Source of the DNA: Armatimonadota bacterium
GTDB lineage: Bacteria > Armatimonadota > SYMT01
Reading direction: 5' to 3'
Assembly: GCA_046292385.1 (NCBI GenBank)
Contig: JBKBRF010000015.1
Location: forward strand, 1-64,000
DNA: 64,000 bases
Below the pieces are notes generated by a model, which was not told where the DNA came from, did no database searches, and was given only the letters and a program-made list of their open reading frames with translations. This document shows positions 54,518 to 64,000 of the stretch, in pieces (the first letter of the stretch is position 1; each line of letters begins with the position of its first letter). Both the position numbers and the translations under genes were made by a program.

Positions 54518-56829
54518 GCTTCGACCCCGGCGCACTGCTCCATGCTCTCGTCTTCGCCCTCCTCGCCACTGCCGGGGCCGGACTGCTCTGGCTGCTGGCG
54601 ATCCGGCCCGCGAAAGGAGTGCCGCTGCGAACTTGGCGGCTGGTGCTGCCCCGCGGGGCCTCCTTCGATCCGTCCCAGGCCGCGGCCTGGTTTCTCTCCT
54701 TCACGCCGCTGCTTCGAAAGACCGCGACCTTCCCGGCGGTAGAGATCCGCCGCGACCACCGCGAGCTGAGCTACCGCGTCACGGCCCCGGCCGACTGGGA
54801 AGGCCACCTGCGCGGGCAGCTGGCCGCCTGGTTTCCGGGGGCCAGGCTGGAGCCGGTGAAGCCGCCGGAGCCGGAGCGACCGGTCCATGTACCGGCCGTG
54901 TCCCTGCCCCTCCGCAGCGAGCGGGCCGGGCTCTACTCGCTGCGACTGCCGGGTCAGGAGACGACCGATCCGCTCCTGGGAGTGCTGGGCGCGCTGCGCG
55001 CTGCTCCCGGCGACTGCGGGCTCCGCCTCGTCTTCGGTCCGCCGCCGCGGGAATGGCGCTGGTGGTCGGCAGCGGCGCTCGACGCGCTGCGCGCCGGCCG
55101 GGCGCTGCCGCCGAGCGGGTGGCTCTTCTGGCTCTCGCTTCTGCTCTCCACGCTGCGGACATCAACCGGAAAGACGGCGTCGCCCTCCGAATTGCGACCC
55201 TCCGTCCCGGAGAGCGTCTCGCGGAAGCTCCGGGAGCCGGTTTTTGCGTGTGAGGTCCGGGTCTGGGCGGCGGCCGGGGAGGGGAGCACCGCCGGGCCGC
55301 AGGCGCGGGAGCTGGCCGCGCAGCTGGAGCTCGCGTACCGGGACCCGGTCGGCAATGCCCTCGTGCCCGCGCGACGGGGTGGGGACGCGGTTCAGGCGAT
55401 GGGGCCGGGCCGGCACGGACCGCGGCTGGTCCTCTCCGCCGCGGAGCTCGCCGCGCTCTTCCATGTGCCCGGCTCCGCGCACCCGCTGGTCGAGTGCGAG
55501 CCGTGCCGGCAGGTGGCGCCCACCGCCGGCACCCTGGCAGGAGGGCCTCTCGATTCCCGCCCCGTGACCTGGCTCGGGGAGGCGCTCGTCGGCGAGCGGG
55601 CTGAACGCTTCGGGCTGACCATTGAGGAGCGGCGCCTGCATACCTACGTAGTCGGCAAGACCGGGACCGGCAAGTCGACGCTACTCGCGACGCTGCTCCG
55701 CCAGGATCTCGCAGGCGGCCGCGGCGTGGGATTGATTGACCCGCACGGCGATCTGGCCGAGCGCGTCCTCTCCCTGATCCCACCCTCCCGGGCCGGCGAG
55801 CTGCTCTACTTCAATGCCGCCGACAGCGACTACCCGGTCGGGTTCAATCTCCTCGCCGCCTCCACGCCGGCTTCCCGTCCGCTGGTCGCCTCCGGGGTGG
55901 TCGGTGTCTTCAAGAAGCTGTATGGCGAGAGCTGGGGACCCCGGCTGGAGCACTTTCTCCGAAACGCCGTGCTCGCACTCCTGGAGGCGCCCTCGCCTTC
56001 GCTGCTCCTCCTGCCGCGGCTCCTGACCGATCGCGAGTACCGGCACCGCGTCCTCGCGCACGTGCGGGACCCGCTCCTGCGAAGCTTCTTCCTGGAGGAG
56101 TATGAGGCGTACGACCCGCGCTGGCGCGCGGAGGCGATCTCCCCGATCCTGAACAAGGTGGGGCAGTTCCTCGCCTCCCCGGTGGTGCGGCACCTGGTGG
56201 GGCAGAGCGGGCCAGGCTTCGACCTCCGACAGCTGATGGACCGCGGCGGGATCTTCGTGGCGAACCTCGCCTCCGGTCGGATCGGCGAGGACAACTGCGA
56301 CCTGCTCGGCGGGTTGCTGGTGGCCGGCTTTCAGCTGGCGGCGATGAGTCGCGCGGCTCAGCCGGAGGCGGAGCGGCGCGACTTCTTCCTCTGTGTCGAC
56401 GAGTTCCAGCACTTCGCGAACGACGCGTTCGGGGCGATCCTCTCGGAGGCACGGAAGTACCGGCTCTCGCTCACGCTGTCGCACCAGTACCTCGACCAGG
56501 TCGACGCGCCGGTATCGGACGCGATCTTCGGCAACACCGGCTCGCTCTGCGTCTTCCGCGTCGGCGCCGGGGACACCGGCCGCCTGGTGAAGGAGCTCGC
56601 CCCTTCCTTCGACGCGCAGGACCTGGTGAGTCAGCCGAACTTCCGGTTCTGCGCGCGACCGGCCCGGCTCTCCGGCGCGGGCATCCCGTTCTCGGCGCGA
56701 ACGGTCCCCCTGGAAACCCCCGACGTAGATCTTACCCCCTTGCTCGAAGCCTCCCGGCGCCGTTGGGCGCGCTCCCGGGTGGAAGTCGAGCTCGATATCG
56801 CCGACCGGTGGGAAGGCCGAGCGGAATAA
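54514..56829 (+). CDS. VirD4/TrwB-like coupling ATPase (full length, N-terminal TM helix)
   Basis: HTYVVGKTGTGKS, IDPHGDL, WGPRLE, VDEFQHF, EARKYRL...HQY..Q, GNTG. Confidence 0.9.
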   Translation: MSFDPGALLHALVFALLATAGAGLLWLLAIRPAKGVPLRTWRLVLPRGASFDPSQAAAWFLSFTPLLRKTATFPAVEIRRDHRELSYRVTAPADWEGHLRGQLAAWFPGARLEPVKPPEPERPVHVPAVSLPLRSERAGLYSLRLPGQETTDPLLGVLGALRAAPGDCGLRLVFGPPPREWRWWSAAALDALRAGRALPPSGWLFWLSLLLSTLRTSTGKTASPSELRPSVPESVSRKLREPVFACEVRVWAAAGEGSTAGPQARELAAQLELAYRDPVGNALVPARRGGDAVQAMGPGRHGPRLVLSAAELAALFHVPGSAHPLVECEPCRQVAPTAGTLAGGPLDSRPVTWLGEALVGERAERFGLTIEERRLHTYVVGKTGTGKSTLLATLLRQDLAGGRGVGLIDPHGDLAERVLSLIPPSRAGELLYFNAADSDYPVGFNLLAASTPASRPLVASGVVGVFKKLYGESWGPRLEHFLRNAVLALLEAPSPSLLLLPRLLTDREYRHRVLAHVRDPLLRSFFLEEYEAYDPRWRAEAISPILNKVGQFLASPVVRHLVGQSGPGFDLRQLMDRGGIFVANLASGRIGEDNCDLLGGLLVAGFQLAAMSRAAQPEAERRDFFLCVDEFQHFANDAFGAILSEARKYRLSLTLSHQYLDQVDAPVSDAIFGNTGSLCVFRVGAGDTGRLVKELAPSFDAQDLVSQPNFRFCARPARLSGAGIPFSARTVPLETPDVDLTPLLEASRRRWARSRVEVELDIADRWEGRAE

Positions 56830-56868
56830 CTGCCGGCAGTCACCACGTCTATACCGGGACCGGAGGGA

Positions 56869-57408
56869 TCAGGCGCTCCCGGCTGCGGGCTTTGCCAGAA
56901 GCGTCCTCCCGAAGGCGACGGCGATCAGCGCTTCACCTACCTCGGAGGTCCCGAAGATCGCCGTGAGCTCCTCTTCGGGAAGCTCCCGCTTCAGGGTGGT
57001 GAAGGCGTTCAAGATGGTGACCGACAGGATCACCGAACGCTTCCAGAGCGGCGTCTCCGCCTCGCTCGCCTCGAAGAGTCCCTGGCCGGTGATCAGCAGG
57101 CCGCAGACGCGGGCGAGCGGTGATCCCTCGTTCGGGCTCTCCTCCGGCTCGGCAGCGCCAGTGCCATCCGGCGAGGGGGCCTGGATCCGCTGTCCGACCC
57201 GCTGGAGGATCTGGAGGGCTGCCGCTTCCCCGGCTAGTCCTGCCAGCCCATCCACGCGCTTGACGCGCGACAGCACGGCTTCGAAATTCGCGACCACCTG
57301 GCGGATGCGACGGGTCTCGCCTTCAGGGTCGGTCTCGTAACGCTGCCGGTAGTGCTCGATCGTGGTGGAGAGACTCTCCGTCAGCGGTGCGGGGTCGGTG
57401 GCACTCAT
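56869..57408 (-). CDS. Hypothetical protein
   Basis: 179-aa ORF with AAGGAG RBS, filling the gap between + strand genes. Confidence 0.6.
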   Translation of the reverse strand: MSATDPAPLTESLSTTIEHYRQRYETDPEGETRRIRQVVANFEAVLSRVKRVDGLAGLAGEAAALQILQRVGQRIQAPSPDGTGAAEPEESPNEGSPLARVCGLLITGQGLFEASEAETPLWKRSVILSVTILNAFTTLKRELPEEELTAIFGTSEVGEALIAVAFGRTLLAKPAAGSA

Positions 57409-57703
57409 TCAGGGGCTCCTTCGGTCCGGAGGTGCGACGGCGACGACCAGAGACCGTAGCTCGTCGTGCGGGAGCAATCCCGCGGCATCCATCCTTGGCA
57501 GTTCGCGCGGAAGTTGTCGGGCAGTTCACCAGCTCCCGGAGCTTGTCCTCAATTGCTCGGGACCCGGCCTACCCGATTCCCGTCCGCGGCAGGGGAATTG
57601 CCGGCGTCCGCCAGCCTGGTACGGTGGGAGCAGTTCGTACGTTGACATCCCGCTTCCGAACGGTGCCCGTGGCACCGCCGGCGCGGCACAGGAGAACTGT
57701 CCC

Positions 57704-58183
57704 ATGAACCGCGTGGTCCTTTGCGGCCGGCTCACCACCCGGCCGAAACGCTCCTACACCCCCTGCGGCATCGCCGTGGCGGAGTTCCGGCTGCTCGTCC
57801 TGCGGGAAGACCCCCGGGACCCCACGTCCGGCGAGGAGGTCGACTGCATCGCCTTCCGACAGGTGGCCGAAGAGCTCACCGATTGGGGTGAGCGCAGCCA
57901 TCGCGTCAACCTGGAGGGGCGGCTGCGGCTCGAGCCCCTGCGCAGCGGTGATCCCCGGCTCGGGGACGCCCGGACCTCCAGGCTCCTCAAGGTCCTGGTG
58001 GAGCGGGCCTACTTCGTCGATCCGGTGAAAGACCTGCCGGCATCCGGGCTTCGCGCCCCGTCGGAAGGTCTGGCAGCCAGCACGGCACCTGGCACGGCGA
58101 ACCCGCGCGAAAAGCCGGAGCTGCCCGCCGCGAATGCTCCGGGGGCGGCTTCGCCCGCGGAGTCCGTCCGGAAGACGGCATGA
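57704..58183 (+). CDS. ssb: Single-stranded DNA-binding protein
   Basis: MNRVVLCGRLTTRP..SYTP.G..VAEFRL, CIAF...AE, VNLEGRL; AGGAG RBS; lacks the acidic DDIPF tail. Confidence 0.85.
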   Translation: MNRVVLCGRLTTRPKRSYTPCGIAVAEFRLLVLREDPRDPTSGEEVDCIAFRQVAEELTDWGERSHRVNLEGRLRLEPLRSGDPRLGDARTSRLLKVLVERAYFVDPVKDLPASGLRAPSEGLAASTAPGTANPREKPELPAANAPGAASPAESVRKTA

Positions 58184-58272
58184 ACCGCGTCCTGCTGATC
58201 GGCCCGCTGCGCACCGGGGTTTCCCCCCGCACGCACTCTGAAGAGACCTTCCGCGAAAGCGAGGCTCCGTGA
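58180..58272 (+). CDS. 30-aa mini ORF starting like SSB (MNRVLLIG)
   Basis: ATGA overlap with the ssb stop and TGATG overlap with the next start. Confidence 0.4.
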   Translation: MNRVLLIGPLRTGVSPRTHSEETFRESEAP

Positions 58273-58472
58273 TGTACGCCCTGCAGCTCCCGCCGGCGAT
58301 GGTCCGGCGGCTCTACCACCTGCGTGAGACCCACCAGCGCGGCCCGATCCGGCGACAGGTCCTGATCGCGGTCGAGCAGTATCTTGCCCACATGGAGAAA
58401 GAGTATGGACCTTGCCCCGATGACCCGGGCGAAGAGCCTGGAAGGCCCGAGCGCGCTCGACGCGGTCGGTGA
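58272..58472 (+). CDS. Small ribbon-helix-helix-like protein
   Basis: MYALQLPPAMVRRLYHL...IRRQVLIAVEQYL pattern. Confidence 0.55.
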   Translation: MYALQLPPAMVRRLYHLRETHQRGPIRRQVLIAVEQYLAHMEKEYGPCPDDPGEEPGRPERARRGR

Positions 58473-59424
58473 GCGGGTGCTCGCCGCCTCGCAGCACTGC
58501 CGCGATCACGCTAACGTGACGCTGGCCACGACCATGATGCGGCTCGACGGCACCTGGATCTTCCGCGGCGAGACGACACGGCTCTCCCGCCACGCGCTCT
58601 CGCAGCTCTGCGCCCGGCTGGAGCTTCCGTCCGGAGGCACTCCACCCGCCGGCTATCTCTCCCGCTGCCCTTCGCCGCTCGCGGCCCAGAACGTCAATCA
58701 CTGGCTTCGGGACTCGACGCGGAAGGAACAGCAAGTGCTGGTCCGGGTCCGGGAGGAGAGGGGCCGGCGGCACCCGATGGTGCGCGCGGTCCTCTCCGAC
58801 CGGTATGCGACGGTCGATCACCTGCCCCTCGTGGAGGCCCTGCGGGACCTGCTCCCGCAGCACGACCTCTACTTGGACCGCTGGTCGCTCGACGACGAGC
58901 AGCTCACCCTGCGGCTCCTGCTGAACCGGGACTACCCGGCCACGCTGGACGACCCGATCCGGGTCGGGCTGCATATCTCCAACAGCGAGATCGGCCTGGG
59001 GCGGATCTCGATCACCGCCCTCGTGACTCGGCTCGTCTGCACCAACGGGCTGGTGGTGAAGGTCGCCGACCTCGGCGGCATCCACCGCCGGCACATCGGG
59101 CGCGCCGGGGAAGATCTCCAGGGAGTCGCCCAGGCGGCGCTCCAGCGGGTCCTCGAAGAAGCCGAGGAGGCCGGCCGACGGTTCGTGGCGCTCCGCGAGC
59201 GGCCGGCTCCCATGCCCCTGGGCGAGTTCCTGGAGCGGACCGTTAAGCAGGTGGAGCTGCCGGAGACGGCGCTGCCGCTCGTGCGACAGACGCTGGAAGG
59301 TGAGAGCCTCTACGACGTGGTGAACGCCTTTACGAACGTGGCACAGCGCTACTCCGTCGCGGAACGCGTGCGAATCGAAACCACCATGAGCCGGTTCCTC
59401 CGAGACGAACGGAACTGGAACTAA
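58405..59424 (+). CDS. DUF932-like phage/plasmid protein
   Basis: RAVLSDRY, ISNSEIG, RLVCTNGL, RRHIG, LYDVVNAFT. Confidence 0.8.
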   Translation: MDLAPMTRAKSLEGPSALDAVGERVLAASQHCRDHANVTLATTMMRLDGTWIFRGETTRLSRHALSQLCARLELPSGGTPPAGYLSRCPSPLAAQNVNHWLRDSTRKEQQVLVRVREERGRRHPMVRAVLSDRYATVDHLPLVEALRDLLPQHDLYLDRWSLDDEQLTLRLLLNRDYPATLDDPIRVGLHISNSEIGLGRISITALVTRLVCTNGLVVKVADLGGIHRRHIGRAGEDLQGVAQAALQRVLEEAEEAGRRFVALRERPAPMPLGEFLERTVKQVELPETALPLVRQTLEGESLYDVVNAFTNVAQRYSVAERVRIETTMSRFLRDERNWN

Positions 59425-59451
59425 ACCCCTCACCCCGACCATCCACCGGAT

Positions 59452-60705
59452 GTGCTCGGGGTTTTTCATGTGGTGCCGCAGCTTGAGATCGCTAGGGGTG
59501 AACGACGACACTATCTGCATTCGGTTGGGAGTGCCGCGACCGGTAAGTCGATGCTGCTCGCGAGCGTCCTCCGGCAGGACCTCGAAGCGGGCCACGGCGT
59601 CGGCTTGATCGACCCGCATGGCGACCTGGCGGCGCGGGTGCTCGCGCTGGTGCCGCCGGAGCGCCAGGACCAGGTGCTCTACTTCAACCCCGCCGACACG
59701 GAATACCCGGTCGGTTACAACCCGCTGGCGGTCCGCTCGCCCCGGCAGAAGCCGCTCGTCGCCTCCGGCGTGGTGGGCGTCTTCAAGAAGCTCTACGGCG
59801 AGAGTTGGGGGCCACGGCTGGAGCACTTCATCCGCCACAGCCTGCTTGCACTCCTGGAGACGCCCGAGCCATCGCTACTGATGTTGCCGCGGCTTCTCAC
59901 GGACGAGAACTACCGGGAGCAGGTGCTCCGGCATGTCCGGGACCCGGTGCTGCGGAGCTTCTTTGAGGAGGAGTACGCGCGCTACGATCCCCGCTGGCGG
60001 GCGGAGGCGATCTCGCCCGTCCTGAACAAGGTGGGGCAGTTCCTCGCCTCGCCGGTGGTGCGGAACATCGTGGGACAGCGCGGCCCCGGCTTCGATCTTC
60101 GTAAGTTCATGGATGAGGACGGGATCTTCATCGCCAACCTCTCCGCCGGACGCATCGGTGAGGACAACGCGGCGCTGCTCGGCGGACTGCTCGTCGCCGG
60201 GTTTCAATTGGCGGCGATGAGCCGGGCCGATGTGCCGGAGGAGGAGCGACGGGACTTCTTCCTCTCGGTGGACGAGTTCCAGCACTTCGCGAACGACGCC
60301 TTCGTCTCGATCCTCTCCGAGGCACGCAAGTACCGGCTTTCGCTCACCCTCTCGCACCAATATCTGGACCAGGTGCCGCCGGGGATCTTGGCTGCGGTCT
60401 TGGGCAACGTCGGCTCACTGGCGGTCTTCCGGGTGGGGGCGCCAGATACCACCCGGCTGGCGAAAGAGCTGGCGCCGAGCTTTGACGCGCAGGACCTGGT
60501 CCACCTGCCGAACTACCGCTCCTGTGCGCGGGTAACTCGTGACGGAGCGACCCTGCCGGCCTTTTCCGCGCAAACCGTCCCGATACCCCGGGTGAGGATG
60601 CATTTGTCCGGAATTCTGGCCCGCGCCCATCAACGCTGGGCGAGATCGCGCGGCGCAGTCGAGCTCGAAATCACCGACCTATACGAAGGCAGAGAAACGC
60701 CATAA
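59452..60705 (+). CDS. Second VirD4-like ATPase (soluble ATPase domain only)
   Basis: GSAATGKS, IDPHGDL, VDEFQHF; near-identical to the C-terminal part of 54514..56829. Confidence 0.85.
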   Translation: MLGVFHVVPQLEIARGERRHYLHSVGSAATGKSMLLASVLRQDLEAGHGVGLIDPHGDLAARVLALVPPERQDQVLYFNPADTEYPVGYNPLAVRSPRQKPLVASGVVGVFKKLYGESWGPRLEHFIRHSLLALLETPEPSLLMLPRLLTDENYREQVLRHVRDPVLRSFFEEEYARYDPRWRAEAISPVLNKVGQFLASPVVRNIVGQRGPGFDLRKFMDEDGIFIANLSAGRIGEDNAALLGGLLVAGFQLAAMSRADVPEEERRDFFLSVDEFQHFANDAFVSILSEARKYRLSLTLSHQYLDQVPPGILAAVLGNVGSLAVFRVGAPDTTRLAKELAPSFDAQDLVHLPNYRSCARVTRDGATLPAFSAQTVPIPRVRMHLSGILARAHQRWARSRGAVELEITDLYEGRETP

Positions 60706-60765
60706 GATCAAAACCACTGTGTTCGTCTATTTCCGGGAAGACATCCGGACCGATTCTAATCGTTT

Positions 60766-62253
60766 TCAGTGCCAATTACTAGGTCCACTATTCTCATCTG
60801 GATCCGGAGCGCTCCGAAAACATCGCAGCGCTCGCGAGGCCTCCAATGCCTCATCATAAGTCACAGGTGTGATCGATTTCAGCGACAAGACGTGGTTATA
60901 TCGGCGATGCGCTTCGCTAGAATAACCTTGCGTCTCGTAGATCCGTGCAAGCAATCCATTCAGGCGTGCGATCTGCTCCTCGTCCTTGGCAGACGAGAGA
61001 GCGATTGTTATCAGATGCTCTGCCTCGGAATAGCGTCTCTGGCAGAACAAAGCCGCGCAATATCGAAGGCACACCTCTGGATCGAAATGTGTTTCGATCG
61101 ATCGGCGGAGAAGATCGACTGATTCGCAATGCCGCGATTGCTGCTCTCGCACTAGTGCCAATTCAAAAAGTAGACCAGCGGCATCTCTTGGATCTTCTGC
61201 AATCTCAAGACCTGCCTCGCATACCGCTGAACTCATCCAGGCAACGTCCTGCTCCCGGCACATTTCTGAGGTCGTTATGAATACGTCGCCTATCCTACTG
61301 TTCTCGGAGCAGAAGGAGCCCCTCGCCACATGACGCCGGCAGAATTTGATCAAGGTCTGGCAGTCCCGCAGATCGATACATACTCTTCGCAATCCATAGA
61401 ACCCATGCACGTTCCAAGGACACCTATCAAGACCACGCAAGTAAATGGATCTAACCCTGTCACACTCGTCCAGCGACTCGCCCCAAGTGACGGGAAAGTA
61501 CGCCGGGGTCAGATCGGGATTATGATCTACAAGGTCTTCGAAAAACTGTAGGCCTCCACTCTTCCGGCCAGGAACTGATGCAGCAAGAAACCTGAAATAG
61601 GGACAGGTGCTTTGCTGCAGTGCACAGTCGATCAGTTGATCTGATCTCTCCTTCCACTCTGGTCCAAACGTTGAAACGTCTAGACCCGCGCACAGCAACT
61701 CCCAGGCATTCAGATCGAGTTCTTGGAGTTGCTGCCTTCCTGGTTCTCCGTACGACATTGCCTCTGGAAACCAGTTGACAAGCAAGCTCGTTGCCCCCGA
61801 GATCACTGCGTCTGCAAACCGGTTCCACCGGCTGCTCACCCTGACATGCCTGTTTGGAGATAACCTACACGAGGGCTCTCTGTCGGTTTTGGTGTATACA
61901 GTCAGGTCTGCACAAAACTCAACCGGATCGGCCTTACAGGTTCCGCCGATGATGATGTCACATGAAGAGGCACTGAATATGGATTCGACATGGTCCTGCA
62001 TAGAAGAGTAAGCGCCCGCAACGAGCGGTCGCATCAACCTTCGTCGTGAGATCCAATGGTGAGCCATATTGAGACATGGGTACTGCCACCAAGTCCGGCT
62101 TATGAGTTCCGCAATCATGGTCCCGAGTGCGGGAGTTGACGTGGTGCCGGGGGCTGGTAGGAAGCGAGAGACGACAACAAGGGGGTTATCTGGAATGCAA
62201 AGTTCCATGGAGATGTTGCCTATTCGTGGTGAAAGCCTATCCAGGTCCTCCAA
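60766..62253 (-). CDS. TPR-containing protein, candidate Rhs immunity protein (start uncertain)
   Basis: TPR-like helices (LLFELALVREQQ, RYSEAEHLI, LLARIYETQG..SEA); lower GC; directly downstream of the Rhs gene. Confidence 0.6.
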   Translation of the reverse strand: MEDLDRLSPRIGNISMELCIPDNPLVVVSRFLPAPGTTSTPALGTMIAELISRTWWQYPCLNMAHHWISRRRLMRPLVAGAYSSMQDHVESIFSASSCDIIIGGTCKADPVEFCADLTVYTKTDREPSCRLSPNRHVRVSSRWNRFADAVISGATSLLVNWFPEAMSYGEPGRQQLQELDLNAWELLCAGLDVSTFGPEWKERSDQLIDCALQQSTCPYFRFLAASVPGRKSGGLQFFEDLVDHNPDLTPAYFPVTWGESLDECDRVRSIYLRGLDRCPWNVHGFYGLRRVCIDLRDCQTLIKFCRRHVARGSFCSENSRIGDVFITTSEMCREQDVAWMSSAVCEAGLEIAEDPRDAAGLLFELALVREQQSRHCESVDLLRRSIETHFDPEVCLRYCAALFCQRRYSEAEHLITIALSSAKDEEQIARLNGLLARIYETQGYSSEAHRRYNHVLSLKSITPVTYDEALEASRALRCFRSAPDPDENSGPSNWH

Positions 62254-62344
62254 CCTGCGAGGACCTGGATAGGCCGCTTGATAGAGTGGCTACACACTCG
62301 CCTATGGCACATCTCTGTTCTGGGAACGTGCCAATATCAGCGGG

Positions 62345-64000
62345 TCAGTAGTTTCTTGCGTCCGACTGCTTGTGGATCATCTTTGGCTTCTTGGGCGGAC
62401 GTCCAATTCCCTTGCCTCCGTCGTTGTACTTCCAGTCCTCAATATCCTCGTCGTACTCCTTTCGCTTCTTCCTATCCTTACGACCATCATCCTTGTGTCG
62501 TTCCCTCCTCTCCTTGGCGTCCTGCCATCGGTCGAGGTCGGTCTGCGAATCGTCCACCGTATCGACGGGAGGGTTTCCGACGATTTCGTCTTCTCCCGAG
62601 TTGCTCTGGCTGATGGCCCATCCAACTCCGACAACAACTACTACAGCAAGGATTCCTAGGAGCACCCAACCTCCTGGTCCTGACACGACCAACGGAGCCG
62701 CCATGGTCATGTATGCCACAGCCCCCGCACCAGGGGCCAACACCGCTGCCCCAGGGTGTGTGCCACGTGGATCAGTGGCATTAACAGGGTTGTTGGATGA
62801 GTAGGCGTAGAGGTTCAGCCCTCCACTATAGCCGATTGGATCTCGGCTTATGAACCTTCCCACGCTCGGGTCATAGTACCTCGCTCCCAGCAGCATCAAC
62901 CCGCTGTCGGGGTCCTTCTGATATCCCTGCCCGCCGACAAACCCGAAGGGAGTCGGTAGCCCGGTGCCGGCGACCGTCATCCCAAAGGCGTCGTACTCCC
63001 GGCTGTGCGTGACGCTCTGGCTGCTGTTCGTCAGGCCCCGCGTGCTGCCGAGCTGGTCTCCATGGTAAGTTCGGCTGGTGCTACCCTCCCGCTCGCTCAC
63101 CAAGCCGGTGACACCACCCCGGGTGTAGTCGGCCCGGCTGTCCGCCACCACGTCATTGCCGTCAAAGACGTAGGTGGTGGTGCCCGCGCTGTCGGTCTTG
63201 CTAACGCGCTTGCCGAGATCGTTGGTGACGAAGCTGTTGGTGGTGCTGTTCGGGTAGGTGATTCCGGTCAGCTTCTGGTTGTAGTCCCAGGCCAGCGTGG
63301 TCGTCTGACCGCCCTGGATAACGCTCGTCAGGTTCCCGGCGTTGTCATACCCGTAGCTCTTGCTCCCGGCAGTGAGAAGTTGGTTGTTGTCTCCGTAGGT
63401 GTAGCTCTCCGTGACCCCACCGACCGTCTTGCTCGTCCGGTTCCCCGTGTCGTCATACGCGTAGGTGATGGTGTAGGGGCTGGTGCCGGTCCGGGTCTCG
63501 CCCGTGAGCTGGTAGGCGTCGTCGTACGTATACGCGACGGAGTGGTCGTTCACCTGCACCGACCCCGTGATCTCGCCGGCATTCCCGCGGGTGTACTCGT
63601 AGCGGGCGAGCACCGTGTTGTTGCTCTGGCGGTGCTCGATCGCGTCGAGCCAGCCCCGATCCGCGTTGTAGGTGAGGACCACCTTGGTCCCGTTGGCGTG
63701 GTCCTGCTGCGTGGTGCGGCCGGCGGCGTCCAGGGTGAAGCTGGTCGTCTCGCTGAACCGGTTCTGGATCGAGGTGAGCCGGCGCGCGTTGTCGTAGCCA
63801 TAGCTGGTGCTGCCGAGACCTGTGCGGGTCAGGTTCGAGCGCATCCCGGCCGCGTCGTAAAGATACTCCAGCGTCCCCTGCGGCCCGTCCACCTCCGTGA
63901 CCGCGCCGTTGTCGTCATAAGTCCAGGTGTAGGTGCCGGTGCGGTCTACCAGGCTATCCCGCAGGTCGTTGTCCAGGTAGCTGATCGTGGTGTCGGTGCC
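62345..64000 (-). CDS. Rhs/YD-repeat protein with repeat-associated core and C-terminal toxin tip (5' end outside the window)
   Basis: YD repeats, DQLGS, YDAFG, ARYYDP.VGRFISRDPIG..GG.NLYAY..NNPVNATDPRG; frame open to 64000. Confidence 0.95.
   Translation of the reverse strand, partial: GTDTTISYLDNDLRDSLVDRTGTYTWTYDDNGAVTEVDGPQGTLEYLYDAAGMRSNLTRTGLGSTSYGYDNARRLTSIQNRFSETTSFTLDAAGRTTQQDHANGTKVVLTYNADRGWLDAIEHRQSNNTVLARYEYTRGNAGEITGSVQVNDHSVAYTYDDAYQLTGETRTGTSPYTITYAYDDTGNRTSKTVGGVTESYTYGDNNQLLTAGSKSYGYDNAGNLTSVIQGGQTTTLAWDYNQKLTGITYPNSTTNSFVTNDLGKRVSKTDSAGTTTYVFDGNDVVADSRADYTRGGVTGLVSEREGSTSRTYHGDQLGSTRGLTNSSQSVTHSREYDAFGMTVAGTGLPTPFGFVGGQGYQKDPDSGLMLLGARYYDPSVGRFISRDPIGYSGGLNLYAYSSNNPVNATDPRGTHPGAAVLAPGAGAVAYMTMAAPLVVSGPGGWVLLGILAVVVVVGVGWAISQSNSGEDEIVGNPPVDTVDDSQTDLDRWQDAKERRERHKDDGRKDRKKRKEYDEDIEDWKYNDGGKGIGRPPKKPKMIHKQSDARNY

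Noticed and set aside
57362..57703. N-terminal extension of the SSB ORF
   Set aside because: SSB homology and the RBS begin at 57704
58009..59838. 609-aa minus-strand ORF
   Set aside because: Antisense shadow of the DUF932-like and VirD4-like genes in GC-rich DNA; no motifs

Overview
High-GC bacterial window made almost entirely of accessory DNA. No rRNA, complete tRNA or CRISPR array was seen. (1) 1.9-33.5 kb is a co-directional + strand island. It holds a polar amino-acid ABC transporter, an internally duplicated unknown protein, a HAD hydrolase, a SAM methyltransferase, a UPRT-like phosphoribosyltransferase and an NCS2 permease. These are followed by a cluster of about 10 receiver (REC) domains with two degenerate histidine-kinase-like proteins, a nucleoside hydrolase and a REC-HD-kinase fusion, and finally a vWA lipoprotein plus tubulin-like GTPase pair. 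A 19-bp motif, TGACACT-N6-SGAAC[A/C], recurs in its intergenic or upstream regions. (2) 33.9-40.7 kb is a dead serine-recombinase remnant overlain by five IS layers (IS66, ISAs1, IS21-type ends, ISL3, IS1182), with readable inverted repeats and target duplications. (3) 40.9-46.3 kb is a compact putative RiPP cluster: two short precursors with a shared leader motif and strictly alternating Gly-Ser/Thr cores, two radical SAM enzymes and a GNAT. This is the best candidate for an undescribed system. (4) 46.4-60.7 kb holds an IS630 pseudogene and an integrative element (large serine recombinase, divergent XRE pair, catalytically eroded Mrr-like protein, DNA methylase, rep genes with internal DnaA boxes, two VirD4-like ATPases, SSB, DUF932-like protein). 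(5) 60.8-64 kb holds a TPR protein and the 3' end of an Rhs toxin. All calls come from motif recognition by eye; no database searches were run.
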